Shown here: positions 47,896 to 59,704 of the stretch, in pieces | Layout of the letters: every line of letters begins with the position of its first letter | How positions within the stretch are numbered: position 1 is the stretch's first letter | Program-made: the position numbers and the translations under genes | Source: Chiloscyllium plagiosum | Lineage: Eukaryota | Reading direction: 5' to 3' | Assembly: GCF_004010195.1 (NCBI RefSeq) | Contig: NC_057750.1 | Span: 16,842,726 to 16,906,725, forward strand | Length of the DNA stretch: 64,000 bases | Notes under the pieces: model-generated | Database searches by the model: none | Told to the model about the DNA's origin: nothing | Seen by the model: the letters and a program-made list of their open reading frames with translations, nothing else

Positions 47896-48826
47896 TGTTA
47901 TAAAAACAGATCAGTACCCCAAATTACTGACAGATAAATTGAATCTTTAAGTACAACATATGTTTTTAAAAGAAAGACATAAAAGTCAAAGAATAGTTGA
48001 GGATGTAAATTCAGCAGCTGTCTACAATCCCTATGTGGATTGCAAGGAATCCAAGAGGAATCATGAAATGTGATACCCTGAAGAGTGTCATGGGAACTTC
48101 AAACAGAAACACCTCAAAGGGAGAGATGCCATTCAGAAAACTAAGCTGTGTTCTCCCATGGCTTATGTCATAGACTGATGAATTGAAAAAAAAAAGTCAG
48201 TTCTGGGCAAAAACCATTTTTTTAAACCATTCCAGAAGTATAAAAGTAAGGTAAGAGTTACAAACTAGCCATAACCCCGGTCTCTGTGTGTTAGTGTGCA
48301 AGTTTGTGGTTCAAGTTCTACTTGTGCTATGAAGAGGCACAGATGAAATTTCCTCTAGATGCTACAGGTAAATGACATAGCCTCCCTCTCGACTGAAACC
48401 AAGCCAAGTGAGCAAATCCATTGTTGAAAGAAAGTTAACAAAACCTTTCAGTTAACTGCAGAACAAAGGATCTCCAAACTGCCAAAAGCATTGCTGCCAG
48501 AATCACCACCTTAACATTTCACAATTGATTATTCATCGGCAAGTTGAAGATCAGTTTTGCTTTTTGGTTTCACTTGACGCTTCTAATCTGTGTGTATGTT
48601 TGACACATTTTAATGATTTTTTTGTGTGTTTTTAGTTGCTAATAAACTCACTCTCCATTTAACTTAAGAAATCCTGGTTAAATTGGACCGGTCCTGGACC
48701 TTTTGGACTGGGAAAAGGTCATGTTGGAAGGGATCCTTTTTTAAATGAATCTTGTGTGTCTAATGGAAACAAGGGCTGAACTAAGAAGAGGAGCCAGTTC
48801 CTGCCTCTTCACCTGGGGGCATAACC
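47896..48826 (+). mobile_element. Possible degenerate solo LTR
   Basis: TGTTAT start, AATAAA at 48641, CATAAC-type end; weak. Confidence 0.3.
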
Positions 48827-49274
48827 ATTTGGGGATGTCCCATCCAGAATGATAATGGATCAGGGAACCTTTCCTGGGGGATAGTTGCAAACTGTTCCAA
48901 GTCCGAATGGTGACTTGGAGAGGGACTTGCAGGTGGTGTTTCCATATATCTGCTGCTCGTGTTCTTCTAGCTGGTACAGGCTGTGAGTTTAAATGGTGTT
49001 GCTGAAGGAGGCTTGGTAAGTTGCTGCCGTACATCATGTAGTTGGGACGTGCTGCTATTGGGAGTGTCGGTGGTGGGGGGAACCTAACAAGCGTGCAGTT
49101 TTATCCTGGATGGTGTTCAGCTTCTTGAGTGTGGTTGGAATTGTAGTGCTTCAGGCAAGTGGATGCCTGACTTGTGTCTAGTAGATGGTGGACAGGCTGT
49201 GGGATGCCAGGAGATGAGTTACTTGCTGCAGGATTCCCAGCCTCTGACCCGTTGTTGTAGCCACCGTATTTATA

Positions 49275-50430
49275 AAGAACAGCACAACGCAGGAACATGC
49301 CCTTTGACCCACCAAGCCATGACACCTTTCCAAATTAAAAACCTTTTGCCTCTGCGTGGTCTGTACCCCTCAATTTCCTGTTTATTCATGTATCTGGCAA
49401 GCTACCTCAGTTCAAAGCTGATACCCTCCAAAATGAGGCAACATCCTGGTAAACCTTTTCTATACCTTCTCCAAAGCCTCCACATCTTCCTGGTGGTCTG
49501 GTGACAAGGACAATATTCCAAATGTGGCCTAACTAAAGCTATATACAGCTGCAACATGACTGACCAATTTTAATGGAGTAAGTGGGTACTGCAGATGCTG
49601 GAGATCAGAGTCGAGAGTGTGGTGCTGGTAAAGCACAGCAGGTCAGGCAGCATGCAAGGAGTCGATGCTTCGGGCATAAGCCCTTCATCAGGAATGACCA
49701 ATTTTCATACTCTGTGCCCCAACTAATGAAGGCAAACATGCCATTTGCCTTCTTGACCACCTTATCCACTTGTATTACCACTTCCATGGAACTGTGGACC
49801 TATACGCCTAGATCCCTCTGTATGTTGATGCTTCTAAGGGTTCTACCATTTCTTGTTTGTTGTCTGCACTATACCATCCCGAAATGTATCACTTTGCATT
49901 TGTCTGGATTAAATTCCATCTGTTATTTGTCCGCTTAAACTTCCAGCTTATCTATATCAATCCCTCTCACTATCTGCAACTTCCCCAATGTTTGTGTCAT
50001 CTGCAAACTTACTAGTCACACCATCGACATTCTCCTCCAAATCATTGATATATTATAAACAACAAGGTCCCACCCAGCACTGATCCCTGTGGAACACCAT
50101 TGGTCACAGATCTCCAGTCAGAAAAACCACCTTCCACCACTGCTGTCAGCCTTTTATAACTAAGCCAGTTCTATATCCATCTTACCAACCCGCCATGGAT
50201 CACATGTGACGTCACCGTTTGTATTAGCCTGCTATGTGGAACTTTGCTAAAGGCCTTGCTAAAGTCCATGGGGGTAATTTTCACCTCCCTGCTCTTATCA
50301 ATCGTCCTTATCACTTCCTCAAAATCTCAATCAGATTTGTGAGACACAATCTCTCCACACAAAGCTGTGTGTCTATCACAAAGTGTGCCTATCACGAAAT
50401 CTGTATTCTTCCAAATGTGAGTAAATCCTG
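49275..50430 (-). mobile_element. Degenerate CR1 LINE with a family A insertion (49572-49694)
   Basis: Minus GVPQGSVLG and KFADD-like sequence; TSD TGACCAATTTT (49561-49571, 49695-49705). Confidence 0.8.
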
Positions 50431-50499
50431 ACAATGAGTAAATCAAATCATGATTGGTCCAGTTCAATGTTGAACCAGTGGTAATCTCCCGGATGTTAT

Positions 50500-53400
50500 A
50501 GAGCAGTAGAGATGTACAGCACGGAAACAGACCCTTCAGTCCAACTTGTTCATGCCAACCAGATATCCTAACCTAATTTAATCTCATTTACCCGCACTTG
50601 GCCCATATCCCTTTAAACTCCTTCCTGTTCATATACCCATCCTTAAAAGTGTTGTACTTGTACCATCCTCCACCACTTCCTCTGGCAGTTCATTCCATAC
50701 ATGCACCACCCTCTTCGTGAAAAGGTTGTCGCTTAAGTCCCTTTTAAATCTTTCCCTCTCCTACCACAGGGAAAATACCTTGTCTATTTATACTATCCAT
50801 GCCTCTCATGATTTTATAAACCTCTATAAGGTCACCCCTCAGCCTCCGATGCTCCAGGGAAAACAGCCCCAGCCTATTTGGCCTCTCCCTATAGATCGAA
50901 TTCTCTAACCCTGGCAACATCCTTGTAAATCTTTTCTGAAACCTTTCAAGTTTCACAACATCCTTCCTATAGAAAGGAGACCAGAATTGCATACAATATT
51001 CCAAAAGTGGCCTAACCAATGTCGTGTTCAGTTACCACATGACCTCCCAACTCCTGTAGGAGAAAGTGAGGACTGCAGAAAGAAGGGCTTATGCCCGAAA
51101 CGTCGATTTTCCTGTTCCTTGGATGCTGTCTGACCTACTGTGCTTTTCCAGCAACACATTTTCAGCTCCCAACTCCTGTACTCAATACTCTGAACCAATA
51201 AAGGAAAGCATACCAAACACCTTCTTCACTATCCTATCTACGTGTGACTCCACTTTCCAGGAACTATGAACCTGCACTCCAAGGTCTCTTTGTTCAGCAA
51301 CAGTCCCAGGACCTTACCATTAAGTGTATAAGTGCTGCCCTGATTTGCCTTTCCAAAATGCACCACCTCACATTTATCCAAATTAAACTCCATCTGCCAC
51401 TTCTCAGCCCATTGGCCCATCTGATCAAGATCCCATTGTAATCTGAAGGAACCTACTTCGCTGTCCACTACACCTCCAATTTTGGTGTCATCAGCAAACT
51501 GACTAACTGTACCTCCTATATTCACATCCAAATCAATTATATAAATGATGAAAAGTAGTGGACCCAGCACCGATCCTTGTGGCACTCCACTGGTCACAGG
51601 CCTCCAGTCTCAAAAGCAATCCTTCACCACCACCCTCTGTCTTCTACCTTCAAGCCAGTTCTGTATCCAAATGGCTAGTTCTCCCTGTATTCCATGAGAT
51701 CTAACACTGCTAACCAGTCTCCCATGAGGAATCTTGTCGAACGCCTTACTGAAGTCTGTATCAATCATGTCCTCTGCTCTGCCCTCATCAATCCTCTTCG
51801 TTACTTCTTCAAAAAACTCAATCAGGTTTGTGGGACCTGATTTCCCACACACACAAAGCCATGTTGCCTTTCCAAATACATGTACATCCTGTCCCTCATG
51901 ATTCCTTCCAACAACTTGCCCACCACCAATGTCAGGCTCACCAGTCTATAGTTCCCTGGCTTGTCCTTACCACCCTTCTTAAACAGTGGTACCATGTTAG
52001 CCAACCTCCAGTCTTCAGGCACCTCACCTGTGACTATCGATGATCCAAATATCTCAGCAAGGGGCCCAACAATCACCTCCCTAGCTTCCCACAGAGTTTA
52101 AGGGTAAACTTAATCAGGTTCTGGGGATTTATTCACTTTTATGCATTTTAAGAGATCCAGCACCACCTCCTCTGTAATATGGACATTTTTCAAGATGTCA
52201 CCATCTATTTCCCTACATTCTATATCTTCCGTGTCTTTCTCCACAGTAAACACTGATGCAAAATGCTCATTTTGTGTCTCCCCCATCTCCTGCAGTTCCA
52301 TACGTAGGCTGCCTAACTGATCTTTGAGGGGCCCTATTCTCTCCCTAGTTACCCCTTTTGTCCTTAATGTATTTGTAAAAACCCTTTGAATTCTCATTAA
52401 TTCTATTTGCCAATGCTATCTCATGTCCCCTTTTTACCCTCCTGATTTCCCTCTTAAGTATACTCCGACTGCCTTTATTCTCTTCTAAGGATTCACTCGA
52501 TCTATCCTGTCTATACCTGACATATGCTTTCTTAATTTTCTTATCCAAAACCTCAATTTCTCTCGTCATCCAGCATTCCCTACACTCTCATCATCTCATT
52601 TTTGATGGCTTCCCGTTTTCTAGCTGTCCCATTATGTGTGAACATCTGTACCCAGTTATCTTTTGAAATGTCTTGCCTAATACCATCAAAATTGGCCTTT
52701 CTTCAACTTAGAACTTCAACTTTTAGATTTGGTTTATCCTTTTCCATCACTATTTTAAAATTAATAGAATTATGGTCGCTGGCCCCAAAGTGCTTCCCCA
52801 CTGACACCTCAGTCACCTGCCCAGATCTCCCGAATTGATCACCTTCTGTAGTACATCCACATACTGAAACAGAAAATTTTGTTGTACACATTTAACAAAT
52901 TCTACTCCATCTAAACCCTTAACACTATGGCAGTCCCAGTCTATGTTTGGAATGTTAAAATCCCCTAACATACCACTCTCTTATTCTTACAGATAACTGA
53001 GATCTCCTTCCAAATTTATTTCTCAATTTCCCTCTGACTATTAGGGGGTCTGTAATACAATCCCAATAAGGTGATCATCCCTTTCTTATTTCTCAGTTCC
53101 ACCCAAATAACTTCCCTGGATGTATTACCGGGAATATCCTCCCTAAGCACAGCTGTAATGTTATCCCTTATCAAATATGCCACTCCCCTCCTCTCTTGCC
53201 TCCCTTTCTATCCTTCCTGTAGTATTTGCATCCTGGAACATTAAGCTGCCAGTCCTGCCCATCCCTGAGCCATGTTTCCGTAATTACTATGATATCCCAG
53301 TCCCATGTTCCTAACCATGCCCTGAGTTCATCTGCCTTCCCTGTTAGGCCCCTTGCATTGAAATAAATTCAGTTTAATTTATCAGTCCTACCTTGTTCTC

Positions 53401-54063
53401 TGCTTTGTCCCTGCCTGCCCTGACTGTTTGACTCGCTTTTTTTCTTAACTGTACCAGCTTCAGATTAATCTTTTTCCTCACCAGCTCCCTGAGTCCCACA
53501 ACCCCACCTTACTAGTTTAAATCCTATAACTACCTTCCATTATACCCCCTAGCCCTAGCAAGTCTCCCTGCCAGTATATTAGTCCCCTTCCAATTCAGGT
53601 GCAATCCGTCCTTCTTGTACAGGTCACTTTTACCCCAAAAAAGATTCCAATGACCCAAAAATGTGAATCCTTCTCCCATACACCAGCACCTCAGCCATGC
53701 ATTCATCTGCTCTATCCTCCTATTCCTGCCCTCACTAACGTGTAGCACTGGGAGTGATCCAGCATATACTATCCTCGAGGATCTTCTTTTTAAATTCTAC
53801 CTACCTTTCTATATTACCCCTTCAGAATGTCATCCTTTCCCCTTCCTATGTCGTTGGGTAACAATGTGTACAATGACTTTCTGCTGGTCCCTCTCCCCTT
53901 TGAGGACATTCTGCACCCTCTCCGAGATATCCTTGATCCTGGCACCAGGGAGGCAACACACCATTCTGATTTTTAGCTGCTGGCCGCAGAAATGCCTGTC
54001 TGTGCCTTCGACTAGAGAGTCCCCTGTCACAATCGATCGCTTGGAACCCGAAATGCCCCTCAT
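50500..54063 (-). mobile_element. Near full-length CR1 LINE (ORF1 esterase, APE, RT), disrupted; family A insertion at 51059-51165
   Basis: IVTGDSL..CCLPGARIKD..KDGLHLNWKG (SGNH ORF1), SDHNSI (APE), SGVPQGSVLGP, QFADDTK; TSD CTCCCAACTCCTGTA (51044-51058, 51166-51180). Confidence 0.92.
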
Positions 54064-54099
54064 TACATGAGAGCCATTCGTAGATACAGACAGACTTCA

Positions 54100-54386
54100 C
54101 ACCAATTGTTAGAAAAGCTGAGCTATCTTGAGAACGTAATTTAAAAGAAGTTCTGGGATTTGCATAACAAAGATAAGAAACCAGCATATCCCATTATAAA
54201 ATATGAAAGATTTAACCTAAAATTGTTTACTGTATCACATCTCCATGACACTGGATTCCTTTGGCTATAAATTCTGTGATCATGACCTTATTCTCCACAA
54301 CCACCTGATGAAGGAGCAGCGCTCTGAAAGCTAGTGCTTCCAAATAAACCTGTCGGACAATAACCTGGTGTTGTGTGATTTTTAAC
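54100..54386 (+). mobile_element. Penelope-like family B pLTR, longer single-arm copy with hammerhead-like core at 54302-54336
   Basis: CAC-CTGATGA-A-GGAGC AGC GCTCT-GAA-AGCT-A-GTG followed by AATAAA; 5' boundary uncertain. Confidence 0.65.
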
Positions 54387-55076
54387 ATTGTTTGAATGGT
54401 TCTGCTGATGGAGTGCTGCACAGTCGAAGGAGTCACCTTTTAGATGAGTCATTAAACTGAGGCTTGGCCCATCCTCATGGGTGGAGGTAAAAAATCCCAC
54501 TGTGTTATTTGAAGAAGAGGTGTGTGGGGGGGAGGGTTATTGCTGGTTCCAGCCAATACTTATCCATCAACCAATACTGTTGAAATAGATAATCTGGTTG
54601 AAATCCTCCTTTTATACCCATTGCAAGGCAGCAATATCATAATATTCAGGGAACACAAGGGTTTACTATATTTGACTGTTCCAAAATATTAGTTACAATC
54701 AATATTGCCAGAACCAAAGGTGGGGGCTTGTTGCACTGTTTTCAATAGGTCACTCAGAACAACTCAGAGTATCACTGGAACATTGCTGAAGAATCCATAG
54801 GATTTAGTCATGACCTCTTTTGCTATTTATATGCTCCATGTGGGCTCAACCATAGTTTGTCTGTCACCCATATTTGGAAATTGGAAATAAATATGAGTTA
54901 TAGTATTGTTCTCACTTTGCTATTGTTGTTCAAAACCTCGTAGCTTTATTACCTTAGTTAATACTTTAATTGAGTATTGAAGGAAGAAGTAACCAGCCCT
55001 CCTCCTTGTTGTTAGTGTTTGGTCAGACAACTTGGAGTCTTCAGCAGGGACTAGCAGAAGGACTAGCAGGCTAGCG

Positions 55077-55365
55077 TGGGTGGCATGGTGACAAAGTAGT
55101 TAGCACTGCTGCCTCACAGTGCTAGAGACCTGGGTTCAATTCCTGCCTCAGGCAGATGTCTGTGTGAAGTTTGCACATTCTTCCCATTTCTGTGTGGGTT
55201 TCCTCCCACAGTCCAAAAATGTGCAGGTCAGATGAATCAGCCATGCTAAATTGCCCGTAGTGTTAGGTGAAGGGGTAAATGTGGGGGAATGGGTTGCTCT
55301 TCGGAGGGCCGGTATGGACTTGTTGGGCCAAAGGGCCTGTTTCCACACTGTAAGTAATCTAATCT
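55077..55365 (+). mobile_element. HE1-type SINE
   Basis: Head, central domain, tail with TAATC. Confidence 0.85.
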
Positions 55366-56539
55366 TTTTTTAAAAAAAGGAAGGCTGCATTTCAAAGCCA
55401 ATACATGGGGAGACATTTATTTTTAAAGTTAATGTTTTTTCAAATCAACGGTCACGCCTCAAATAGATGCTGCACTTTGAGTGTAGGAAGGTAAACTCTG
55501 AGGATAAGAGATGAGTTTTGAACAGAGATACTGAAGCTCGAAAGTCCAGGGCTAAGGTTATTAAAGGAAACTGTAATATTAAATATTAAAAGAAATAGAT
55601 AAGATAAGGGAGGTTTATGACTTCAAAGTCCACCTAAATTGAATGGAAGGATATGAAAGGAATATACACTTTGGAATAGATCTGAGAGAGAATTTCTTTA
55701 CTTAGACAGAAATATTTTGGAATAATTACTAAGCACAATGGTGGTATCGGGGTAATATTACAGGCCTAGTAATCCAGAGGCCCAGATTCCTGAGACCAGA
55801 TTCAAATCCCAGCACAGCAGCTGGGTGGGATTTAAATGCCATTAATAAATCTGGAATTGAAAGCTAGTAATTGAGTAAAAGCCCATTACTAATGTCCATT
55901 TAGGAAGGAAATCTGTTGTCCCTACCCAGTCGGTCTAACATATGGTTGACTCTTAACCCCTCTCTGAAATGGCCCAGTAAAACATTCTGTTCAGGACAAA
56001 TTAAGGATAAGTGATAAACGTAACACCAACACACAAAAAAAGCTAAAGAAATGATTTGTTGCAGTGAGGTGAGTTCTTGTGAACTGATCTATTGTCATCA
56101 ATAATGACTCTGCACTTTGACTTGATTAATCCATCACACCCCACATCCTAACCTTCTTCATCTTCAGGTCATCCACAACACTGCACCCTCTGACTGAACT
56201 CATGTCTACTGGCTGTATCTGTGAGATATCTTTAGCTTGTCCCACTATCTCTCTTTTTTCCCTGCAGCTCTGTAAATCTATTTCACTTCAAATCCCTTAA
56301 TTTCTTTATTTTTTTACGTCTTGACTCTATGCCTGCTTTACTTCTGTGTGTTAAGTTGGTGTCAGAGTGTGGCGATATTATACAACACTTCCCACTGTAT
56401 TTGCAACAAATGCAGATAATGATTGATCAATCAATCAATCAATCAATCAATTGTCTTTTCCCTCATTTGAACCTGCCTCCTCCACAGTCTCAGACAGTGT
56501 ATGTCACCAATTTGCGATCCCATGACATAATTTATTTTT

Positions 56540-58385
56540 ATTGCAAAAATATACTTTATTCATAAAAAATCTTGATGTACACTCATAAGGTACTACACCA
56601 ATTCTGTACAGTCTTTGCAAAGGGAAAAGAACAAACACTTGGAATTTGTCAGTCCTCAGGCCTTCCTTGGTAAACAAAGGCATTTTTTACTTATGCAGGT
56701 CATTATATACATATATTCTGAGGCAATGAGAGGGTCTGATAACTGAACAGCCCATTGTTATACTTTAGCAGAAAGACTCTAGCTGGTGGTCTTTCCCCAA
56801 TGTGCTTTTGCCGCAGCTGTCCAAGCTTTAGTGCATCCCTCAACTCACTTCCCGCTCACTCTCACTTCAAAGGAGTTTTGAGGGGCAAGTGTTTTACACA
56901 GGTAGTGGTAAGAGTCGGGAGGCAGACACGATAGGGACGTGTAAGGGACTTTTAGATAAGCATGTGAATATGCAAGGAATGAAGGGATATGGACTAAGGG
57001 CACAGGCAGAAGGAATTAGTTTAATTTGGCATCATGTTTGGAACAACATCATGGGCCGAAGGGCCTGTTCCTGTGCTGAACAGTTCTATGTTCTACTTTC
57101 TATGTAAGACCAACAAGTTTCGGGCAGAGGAAAGAGCATCTTTTATTGAGTTGAAGATTCTTCAGGCACAGTTGATGTTTGTCTCGGCGTACATCCTGTG
57201 GAACAGACCATAAAGCACAGAGTCCTGCGTCATTGACCTGCTCAGGATGAAACCTGACCAAAACCACTGCATCTCTCTCCAGACCGTCTTTGCAAAGGCA
57301 CAACCCAGAAGGGGTCATGTTGAGGTTGTACAGGACATTGGTGAGGCTTCCTCTGGAATACTGTGTCCAGTTCTGGTCGCCCAACTATAGGAAGAATATA
57401 TCATGCTGGAGAGAGTTCAGAAGAGATTTACCAGGATGTTGCCGGGTTTGGAAGGTTTAAGTTATAAAGAAAGGTTGGATAGACTGGGACTTTTTTCACT
57501 GGAGCGAATGAGGTTGAGGGGTGACCTCATAGCAGTTTATAAAGTGATGAGAGGTATAGATAGAGTTAATGGTAGTTGTCATCTGCCTTGGATTGGGGGA
57601 TTTCAACACTAGGGGGCACATTTTTAAGGTGAGAGGAGAAAGATTTAAAAAAGACATGAGAGGGAAATTTGTTTACACAGACGGTGGTTCGTGTATGGAA
57701 TGAATGATCTGAGGAAGTGGTGGATGAGGGTACAATTACAATGTTTAAAAGACTTTTTTAAAATAAATAAATAGGAAAGGTTTGGAGAGGTATGGGCCAG
57801 GAGCAGGCAGGTGGGACTAGTTTAGTTTGGGATTATGTTCAGCATGGCCATTGTTGGAATATTGCGTGCAATTCTGGTCTCCTTCCTATCAGAAGACCTA
57901 AGGGACAACTTTTTCACGCAGACGGTGGTACGTGTATGGAATGAGCTGCCAGAGGACGTGGTGGAGGCTGGTACAATTGCAACATTTAAAAGGCATCTGG
58001 ATGGGTATATGAATAGGAAGGGTTTGGAGGGATATGGGCCGGGTGCTGGCAGGTGGGACTAGATTGGGTTGGGATATCTGGTCGGCATGGACAAGTTGGA
58101 CTGAAGCGGGTTATTTCCGTGCTGTATGACTCTATGATTCTATGAGATGTGTGACAGTCTCTACCCCACCTTGAGGACAGCAAGTGGTGACGGAAAGAGT
58201 CTGGGTGTCCATGAAGGTTCTTGCAGACAGTGTGCTTCTCACCAACAACCAAGTGACGTCTTGCTTCTTGTTGAAACCTTCTGACAATGAGGCATTCTGC
58301 CAAATGACTTTGACAGACTGCTCAGGGAACCACCTGACAAGATCTGCCCACCCCTTCTCCTGCAGGGTATTGAGGACGTTACATG
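56540..58385 (-). mobile_element. Tx1/L1-like LINE 3' region broken by CR1 insertions
   Basis: Minus pieces: WFPEQSVKVIWQNAS..KQDVTWLLVR (58150-58385), CAFAKTVWREMQW (57100-57310), LRDALKLG plus 3' UTR with AATAAA (56540-56845). Confidence 0.6.
57312..58145 (+). mobile_element. Two fused CR1 3' fragments
   Basis: [20 protein letters not shown]; second TQTVVRVWNELP copy with a GACTCTAT tail. Confidence 0.9.
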
Positions 58386-58945
58386 CTGACCACTGTCCAG
58401 GACCCTCTGAGGAACGTGTGTTCAAATCCCACCACGCCAGCTGCTGCATTTTAAATTCAGTCACTAAATCTGGATATTAAAGCTCATCTCAATGATGCCG
58501 ACTGTGAAACAATCATTGATCGTTTTGAAACCCAATTGACTGGCGAATGTTCTTTATTGAAAGAAAACGATTGTTCTTACGCATTCTGATCTACATTCTG
58601 TTATCTAGAGACACAACAATGTGGTCAACTCCTAACTGCCCCTGAAATGACCCTAACAAGGCACTCTGTTCGAGGGCGGTTGAGTGAAGGCAAAATACCG
58701 CGGATGCTGAAAATCTAAACCAAATATACAGAACGCTGTCGAAACCCGGAAGGTCTGGCTGCATCTGTGGATGGAGAAACAGAATTAATGTTTTGAGTCT
58801 GACATGACCTCTTCAGAACTGTTGGTGTTTAGAAGCACTTGCTACACAGATGACTATGTTTCACATATTACAACAGTTATAATATGCCCCAGCAGTGAGT
58901 TCATGAATGGTTCGATATAAATGCAATGTATTTCTAAATAAATCC

Positions 58946-59159
58946 TGATTTGGAGATGCCGGTGTTGGACTGGAGTGTACAAAGTTAAAATCACACACCA
59001 GGTTATAGTCCAATAGGTTTAATTGGAAGCACTAGCTTTCGGAGCACTGTTCCTTTGTCAGGTGGTTGATAAAGGCACATGATGAAGGAGCAGCGCTCCG
59101 AAAGCCAGTGCTTCCTATTAAACCTGTTGGACTATAACCTGGTGTGTGTGATTTTTAAC
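58946..59159. mobile_element. Penelope-like palindromic element, family B
   Basis: Inverted arms, left tail, imperfect flanks CTAAATAAAxCCTG. Confidence 0.75.
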
Positions 59160-59389
59160 TAAATAAACCCTGTCACAGTAACAAAACCTTCCTGAGACTG
59201 GGAAGAATTGTTTGTAGAGAGCCCAACAGCACCATCTGCTGAAAGTGTAAGTTACTGCAGCAGGTCCTCAACAAAATGACCAACTACTGTACCACATTCA
59301 CTTTGTAGTGAAAAACACAAGTTAGCAGCCACAATGTGCACATTTAGGGAGAGTGTAAGCATTCTTTGTCAAATTAAAGTGATTATGTA

Positions 59390-59704
59390 GGGCGGCATGG
59401 TGGCTCAGTGGTTAGCACTGCTGCCTCACAGTGCCAGGGACCCGGGTTCAATTCCTGCCTCAATCAACTGTCTGTGTGGAGTTTGCACATTCTCCCAGTG
59501 TCTGCATGGGTTTGCTCCGGTTTCCTCCCACAGTCCAAAGATGTGTAGGTTAGATGAATTGGCCATGCTAATTGGCCTGTAATGTTCAGTGCATTAGTCA
59601 GAGGGGAATGGATCTGGGTGGGTTTCTCTTCAGAGGGTCGGTGTGGACTTGTTGGGCCAAAGGGCCTGTTTCCACACTGTAGGGAATTGGAATCTAATCT
59701 AATC
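59390..59704 (+). mobile_element. HE1-type SINE
   Basis: Head, central domain, tail with (TAATC)n. Confidence 0.86.
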
